A stretch of DNA of 32,000 bases from Candidatus Saccharimonadota bacterium (GTDB lineage: Bacteria > Patescibacteriota > Gracilibacteria > BD1-5 > UBA6164): positions 690,001 through 722,000 of the forward strand of contig OY782392.1 in the NCBI GenBank assembly GCA_963677765.1. Direction: 5' to 3'. A model generated the notes under the pieces. The model saw nothing but the letters and a program-made list of their open reading frames with translations. It was not told where the DNA came from and ran no database searches. The position numbers were made by a program, and so were the translations under genes. Below are positions 26,594-32,000 of this stretch, piece by piece; the stretch's first letter is position 1; every line of letters starts with the position of its first letter.

Positions 26594-28456
26594 ATGGATA
26601 AAAATTTGTTTGAAAATGATATTAAATCTATTATTTCTTATAATAATGAAGTATTATCTTCTCTAAAAAATATGTATTCTGGTTTAGATAGTGATAATGA
26701 ATATAGGGAAATATTAGATGAGTTTTTAGATTATGTATGATTAGAAATAAATAAAGAAACTAGACTAGGGGCTTATTTTAGGATTGTTGACTTACATGAA
26801 AACTCTCTAGAGCTTTATATGGATGCAAATAATTTTGAAAAATCAAAAAAAGATGATGTTTTAAATAAATCATATGAGTATGTTAGTGATTTTTATATTG
26901 ATATACATAATAGCTTATTATCTTTTGTAAAAGATAATAATCTTTTAACAGAATTTTATAGAGAGATAGTTGAGTGAACTATAACTGTTTGAATAGCTTT
27001 TAATAATTTTTTCCCAGTATGGAGAAATCATATAATTTTTTGAATAAATAGAGAATTAGAAAATTTATTTAATAATGATTGAGAAAAAATAATAAATTAT
27101 TTAAATGAGAATAACTTATTTGATAAATGACATTGATGAGATTTGGCTGACAGATCTTACAGTGTTTTAGTAAAAGACTTAGATTGAAACTATTCTTCTA
27201 AAAGTTATTTTGATGCATTTAAATTTGAAGTTAATACTATTGTTAAATCATTAGATAAATTTATAAAAAATATATCAAAACTAGAAGATGAAATATACAA
27301 TTCTAAAGAAGAGTATATAAACTATTTGAATTCTATAAAAAATGCCTTATTAGAAAGAGATGTTGATAATCTTGTTTATAAATGGTCTTTGGTTGATGAG
27401 GCTTGGATGTCTATAAAAACTCCTCTTCAAATATCACATCCTTTGGAATTTTATGAAGACAAATATAGAAAAGCTGTTGCTCCAGAATGGGATTTAAGAA
27501 TTCTTAATAATGTTTTTGATAGTGTTGTAGAATCAGATATTGAAAATATGTACGAAAATATATTTTCAGAAATATGAATAGATAATTTTAAAAAATCTTA
27601 TGAGTTTTCAAAAGCTAATTTTAAAAGAGTACAACTATACCTTACTACTCCTATATTATATTTTTCTGCTGAGTTAACTTGATTGTTTTCTGCACAAGTT
27701 GTTCCAAATGATGAAATTATATCAGATAAATTTTGAAAAAAAATATTTGCCTTTCCTGAAATGGTTTTATCAAATAAAAGGTCAAAACCATTTATGAAAT
27801 TACAAAATATAATTTTTGATGAAAATCTACTAGATAATTATAGAAAATATCTATTTTGAGAAGATAGTTTATTTTATAAGGTTTATGATATTGAAACTAT
27901 AGGTCATGAGTTTGGTCATACTTTATGGTTGGATATAGATAGTGAATCTATAATGAATTCAAAAACAGGTGTTTTTAAAAATATAGAGGAATTTAAAGCT
28001 ACTACATGATGATTAGTCGCTTATTTTATGTGAAAAAATAAAGATGATTTATTAAGTGAGTCAGTAATAAGAGATCATGTTATAAGAACTATATGATTAC
28101 TTTCTTATAAAAAAGTAAATGAAATCGAGCCATATTATTGTGAAGCTTTAATTCATTTATCTATATTAAATGAATCATGAATAATATCGTTAGATAATAA
28201 TAAAGTATCATTGAATTTTTCAAATTATGAAAATTTAAAAGAAATATATATAAATCATTATAAAAAACTTATTAATGTTTATCTAAATAAGGTTGATGCA
28301 AATGAATTTTTAAAAGATTATGCATTTAGGGAAAATTGATATTTTATGCCTTTAGATAAAAAGTTATATAATTTTGTTGATTATTATTATACTAATTATA
28401 ATAAATATTGAAATGAAGTTGATAGTGAAACTAAAAAAGAAAAATATATTAAATAA
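26594..28456 (+). CDS. 620-aa putative zinc metallopeptidase (HEXXH) of unknown family
   Basis: ORF verified free of TAA/TAG. The only motif recognised is ETIGHEFGHTLW (HEXXH) at about residue 440. No signal peptide or TM segment noticed. Confidence 0.7.
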
Positions 28457-28470
28457 TTTTAAAAAAAATA

Positions 28471-29190
28471 ATGAAAATACTTTTTTTATTACCTCCTAGT
28501 GAATGAAAAAACTCAGATAATTCTTATGCAAAAGAAAGTCTAACTTTTGATTTTATTAAACCGTATGATATCGGAATATCTGCTACTCAAAAAGATTTAA
28601 AATGTAGTGGTGCCAGATATGAAGAATGAATAGAATTAAATAAAAATATACTTTCTTGATGAACTATAGAATCAATAAAAAGATATAGTTGAGTTATGTA
28701 TAATTCTATAGATTATTTTTGAATGTCTGAATCTTGAAAAAGTTATTTTGATGATAATTTTCTTATATTATCTTGAATGTATTGATTAGTTAAGGCTCAA
28801 GATAAAATAGGGAATTATAAGCTTCCAATAGAAACAAAATGACTATATGATTATTGGTCTTTAGATATTGCTAAAAAAATAGCTTCACTTGATTATGATG
28901 TTGTTGTTAATCTTTTACCTATAAGTTATGCTAAGCTTTTATGATTATGAACAAATTGTTCTAAACATAGAAAAAAATTAGATATTATTATTGATAGTTG
29001 AAAAAAAGTTATAAATATAAATTTTTTAAAAGATGATTGAAAGAAAATAAGTCATTGAGTTAAAAAAGTAAAATGAGAATGGATAAAAGATATATGTGAA
29101 AATTCTATAGATGATATAAAAAATTTTTCTTGAGAAATTGTGAAATTATCTGAAAATTTCTATGATATAAATATAAAGCTAAAAAAATAA
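28471..29190 (+). CDS. yaaA: YaaA-family (DUF328) peroxide-stress protein
   Basis: 239 aa. Motifs: LLPPSEGK, RYSGVMYNSI, ILSGMYGLVKAQDKIGNYKL, NLLPISY and KISHGVKKVKGEWI. Confidence 0.8.
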
Positions 29191-29210
29191 GCAAGAATTG
29201 CTTATTTTTT
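29181..29210 (+). terminator. rho-independent terminator
   Basis: ataagcaa-gaa-ttgcttat flanked by an A-run and a T-run. Confidence 0.7.
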
Positions 29211-29267
29211 GTTATATATTTTTTTATGTGTTATTATTAGTTTAAATAAATTAATAATTATCTTATT

Positions 29268-29888
29268 ATGAATAATAATAATTGGGAGACAAATTATATA
29301 CCAAGAAAAGATGAATTAGAAGATGTTGCATCAGATATGTATCCAACTGGTCATAGAAAAGCTATGCAAAATTGAACTAATTGTGTTTGAGAAATGATTA
29401 ATTATATAAAAAACTGAAGAAATATTAGGTTATTTGCAAAGAAAAGTTTTTTAAAATGAGATATAGAAGTTTATGAAAATGAATATAAATTAATTAAATC
29501 AAAATTAAAAAATATAGTTCCAAGTCAAGGTTTTGTTTCTTCATGAAATGATATATTTGTTTTTTGTTCTCCTATATCAATAAAAATAGATACTTTGATA
29601 GAAGAAAATAGAGAATATTTATTGGAAACTATTTATATGAATCCAAAACTTTATAAACAATTTAAATTTTTTATAAGAAAATATGATGAGTTAATGTCTG
29701 AGGGTAAAATTTTAGATTTATATGGTACAGAAAATTTAGTTATATCAGATGATAATAAACTGTATTATATCGATAGTTTTTTAGTCTTTAATGAATCAAA
29801 TGTAGTTAGAGAATGATCATTATATAATTTAGAATATTTAAAATCAGTTTTAAATGAAATTGAGGAAATAAAAAAAGAAGATGAATAA
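29268..29888 (+). CDS. hypothetical protein
   Basis: 206 aa. Track ORF 29595..29816 is a fragment of it. ILDLYGTENLVISDDNKLYYIDSF faintly resembles a kinase-like catalytic segment. No confident family. Confidence 0.6.
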
Positions 29889-29900
29889 TCTTCTTTTTTA

Positions 29901-30566
29901 TTATTTAGGCATTTTTTCAGTACATATATACCAGTCTTTATTTTCGTATTTTGCTGGATTTGATACAGCTTCAGCTAAAGTAGATGCAGGTGGAACAATA
30001 ACATCTGATCCAAATATGTCGTTGTTTGGCCAGTTTGCAGGAGTTGCTCTACCATTATTAGCAGACATTTGTAGAGAATCAATTAATCTAATGATTTCAT
30101 CTATATTTCTACCATTTGATAATGGGTAGTACATTAATGCTGAAATTTTTCATTCAGGATTAATTATAAATACTGCTCTAACTGTATGAGAACTATCAGC
30201 ACTTGGTTGTAGCATTCAATAGTCATATGCTATAGATGGAGCTGCTACAATTGGAAATTCTATATCAACATTAAATTTTTCTTTTATATTTAATGCCCAA
30301 GCTATATGTGATTGTATACCATCAACTGAGTAACCTATTAATTCAACATTTCTTTTATCAAATTCTTCTTTTTTTACTTGAAATGCTATAAATTCAGAAG
30401 TACATACAGGAGTAAAGTCTGCAGGATGTGAGAATAATACAACCCATTTTCCTTTGTAATCAGATGGGAAGTTTATAGCTCAAGTAGTTGAAGGTCAGCT
30501 AAAAGCTGGAGCTTGTTCTCAAATTAAAGGAACTCTAGGCATTGGCATAGTTACATTATTTTCCAT
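29901..30566 (-). CDS. peroxiredoxin (Prx6/1-Cys-like subfamily)
   Basis: 221 aa. Motifs: [71 protein letters not shown] and TPANW. Confidence 0.95.
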
Positions 30567-30606
30567 AATTGTATGAATTATAAAATTAAAATATATTTAT
30601 TAGAAA

Positions 30607-30621
30607 TGAGAATTATTCTTA
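30607..30621. promoter_or_regulatory. Fur-family 7-1-7 box, copy 1 (one mismatch)
   Basis: TGAGAAT-T-ATTCTTA, 41 nt upstream of the peroxiredoxin ATG. Confidence 0.5.
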
Positions 30622-30669
30622 TTTCTTGAAAGTATTATATTACTATATTTTGTATAGTCAAATAAAAAA

Positions 30670-30684
30670 TGAGAATTATTCTCA
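30670..30684. promoter_or_regulatory. Fur-family 7-1-7 box, copy 2 (perfect palindrome)
   Basis: TGAGAAT-T-ATTCTCA. Compare the classical 7-1-7 boxes TGATAATnATTATCA (Fur) and TTATAATnATTATAA (PerR). It lies in the divergent region between the peroxiredoxin and Fur-like genes. Both copies share the longer string aaatgagaattattct. Confidence 0.55.
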
Positions 30685-30756
30685 AAAAGATTTGATTTAT
30701 ATAATTTTTTAATTAAAATTAACTTAAATTAATATTTAAAAGTTAAGTAAAATTCG

Positions 30757-31101
30757 ATGAAAACACATTATTATAAAGAAGATATAAAAAAAATATGTAA
30801 AGATAAACATTTAACTGTAGAACAAATTTTTGAAGAAATATCAAAAATTTATTCTGATGCATGAAAATCATCTATATATAGAAATGTAGAAGAAATGGTA
30901 AAAGAATGAGACCTTAGAAAATTGGTTTGAGTTTGAAAAAAATCTTATTTTGAATCTAATTGTTGAAACCATATACATTTAGTAGATGTTAATACATGAC
31001 AAATAATAGATTTACCTGAAGATATTATTATAAAAAATTTACCTGAAAATTTTAAACTGAAAAATATGGATGTTAAATTGTTTTGAGAATTTAGTTCATA
31101 G
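30757..31101 (+). CDS. short Fur-family transcriptional regulator (PerR-like by context)
   Basis: 114 aa. A winged-helix segment reads LTVEQIFEEISKIYSDAGKSSIYRNVEEMVKEGDLRKL, then HIHLVDVNTG. The usual C-terminal CxxC pairs are absent. Confidence 0.65.
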
Positions 31102-31147
31102 AAAAGATTTTTATTTTGGGAGGAGGAAAATAAAAATCTTTTTATTT
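31102..31147 (+). terminator. 16-bp perfect AT hairpin with G-rich loop, followed by a T-run
   Basis: aaaagatttttatttt-gggaggagg-aaaataaaaatctttt followed by tatttt. Confidence 0.6.
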
Positions 31148-31171
31148 TAATTTATATAAATAAAAATTATT

Positions 31172-31630
31172 ATGAAGCTTAATTTAGAAAATAAATATTT
31201 GATTTTAGAAAATAATTCAGAAAAAGAACTTAGTTTAGGAGATATATTATCATGAGATAATACAATTTTATTTTTTTATCCAAAAGATAATACTCCATGA
31301 TGTACTATTGAAAATAAAGATTTTTCTTGTTTGAAAACTGACTTTGAATCAAAATGATATAAACTTATTTGAGTTTCTAAAGATAGTATAGATAGTCATA
31401 AAAAATTTGTAGAAAAACAATGATTAGAAATTAGTTTAATATCTGATCCAGATTTAATATTACATAAAGAACTTTGAGCTTATTGAGAAAAAAATAACTA
31501 TTGAAAAATAGTAGAGGGTGTTATTAGATCAACTTTTATAGTATCTTGAAACTGAGAAGTAGAAAAAGAATATATAAATATTAGAGCAAAATGACATGCT
31601 GAAAGGATATTAAAAGAAATTTCAAATTAA
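31172..31630 (+). CDS. bcp: thiol peroxidase Bcp (peroxiredoxin Q)
   Basis: 152 aa. Motifs: ILFFYPKDNTPGCTIE, IGVSKDSIDSHKKF, LISDPD and RSTFIV. Confidence 0.9.
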
Positions 31631-31658
31631 AACCATGAGTTAATACTTATGGTTTTTT
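31629..31658 (+). terminator. rho-independent terminator
   Basis: aaccatgag-ttaata-cttatggtt followed by ttttt. Confidence 0.65.
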
Positions 31659-31675
31659 ATTTCTAAAAAATTAAT

Positions 31676-31703
31676 TTGACTTTTATTTATTAGCACATAA
31701 TAT
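31676..31703 (+). promoter_or_regulatory. sigma70-like promoter of clpB (TTGACT-N16-TAATAT)
   Basis: The -35 is at 31676..31681 and the -10 is at 31698..31703. The -10 lies inside the CIRCE element. Confidence 0.45.
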
Positions 31704-31716
31704 ATATGAGTGCTAA
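31690..31716. promoter_or_regulatory. CIRCE-like HrcA operator
   Basis: TTAGCACAT-N9-GAGTGCTAA compared with the consensus TTAGCACTC-N9-GAGTGCTAA. The right arm is perfect and the left arm matches 7 of 9. It lies 28 nt upstream of the clpB ATG. Confidence 0.6.
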
Positions 31717-31743
31717 TTTATTTTAGTTGCTAACTATTTAATT

Positions 31744-32000
31744 ATGAATGTAGAACAATTAAAAGAAAAAACAAAGGATGCTTTAAAAAAGTATTGAATA
31801 GATTTAGTTGAAAAGGCTAAGTCTTGAAAAATAGATCCTGTTATAGGTAGAGAAGAAGAAATAAGAAGAGCTATACAAATATTATCACGTAGAACTAAAA
31901 ATAATCCAGTATTAGTATGAGAACCTTGAGTTGGTAAAACTGCTATTGTCGAATGAATAGCTAAAAAAATTAGTGAGAAAGATGTTCCTGATAATTTGTT
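31744..32000 (+). CDS. clpB: ClpB-type AAA+ chaperone, N-terminal part (gene continues beyond the right edge); apparently lacks the usual N-domain
   Basis: [85 protein letters not shown]. The [27 protein letters not shown] block normally begins at about residue 150 in ClpB. Here it begins at about residue 28. Confidence 0.85.

Noticed and set aside
29881-30129. Track ORF 29881..30129 (+), 82 aa
   Set aside because: It is antisense to the C-terminal half of the peroxiredoxin gene, whose identity is unambiguous. It is a shadow ORF.
31118-31126. GGGAGGAGG in the loop of the hairpin after the Fur-like gene as a ribosome-binding site or riboswitch-like element for bcp
   Set aside because: It lies 46 nt upstream of the bcp ATG, too far for an RBS. 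It is the loop of a 16-bp terminator-like hairpin followed by a T-run, so a terminator is the simpler explanation.
1-32000. TGA as tryptophan (table 4, Mycoplasma/Spiroplasma-like), suggested by the AT-richness
   Set aside because: In every alignable motif the TGA position is an invariant Gly (P-loops GxxGxGK, GPx CGLT, Dcm FxGxGG, PEGGF in RsmE) and never a conserved Trp. Conserved Trp positions are encoded by TGG (for example KWNFTKF in GPx and TPANW in Prx). The window also encodes a tRNA(UCA) with Gly-type identity elements.

Overview
This window is very AT-rich bacterial DNA in which TGA encodes glycine rather than stop. That is translation table 25, used by the Absconditabacteria/SR1 and Gracilibacteria lineages of the CPR/Patescibacteria. 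In every recognisable protein, in-frame TGA falls on invariant glycines, for example in P-loops, the GPx motif ASKC-G-LT and Dcm motif I FC-G-A-G-G. A tRNA with anticodon UCA and glycine-type identity elements is encoded at 21876..21954. The supplied standard-code ORF track is therefore fragmentary. I re-translated by hand with TGA=Gly and only TAA/TAG as stops, and checked the longest ORFs triplet by triplet. This gives 31 CDS, 2 probable gene remnants, 4 tRNAs, many hairpin terminators and a few operator or promoter candidates. Most of the window is housekeeping:
- Redox and stress genes: gpx, yaaA, peroxiredoxin, a Fur-like regulator, bcp and clpB.
- Core metabolism and RNA modification: folD, a SpoU methyltransferase, rsmE, apt and murF.
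- DNA repair: an AGOG-type glycosylase.
- Others: a VirD4/TraD-like ATPase and surface or membrane proteins.

The exception is an island of about 8.4 kb (5248..13661). It lies between two perfect 68-bp direct repeats next to a tRNA-Gly/Ile/Pro operon. It carries one tightly packed five-gene minus-strand operon (5453..13283):
- a C5-cytosine methyltransferase with an atypical catalytic loop and a long C-terminal extension,
- a ParB/Srx-like protein,
- an SNF2-family helicase,
- a DUF3883 (PD-(D/E)xK-like) protein,
- a 591-aa unknown protein with a second nuclease-like motif.

I could not match this combination to any named restriction or defence system from memory. It is my main candidate for a previously undescribed modification-linked defence system. 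All functional calls rest on motif recognition by eye, and no database search was run.
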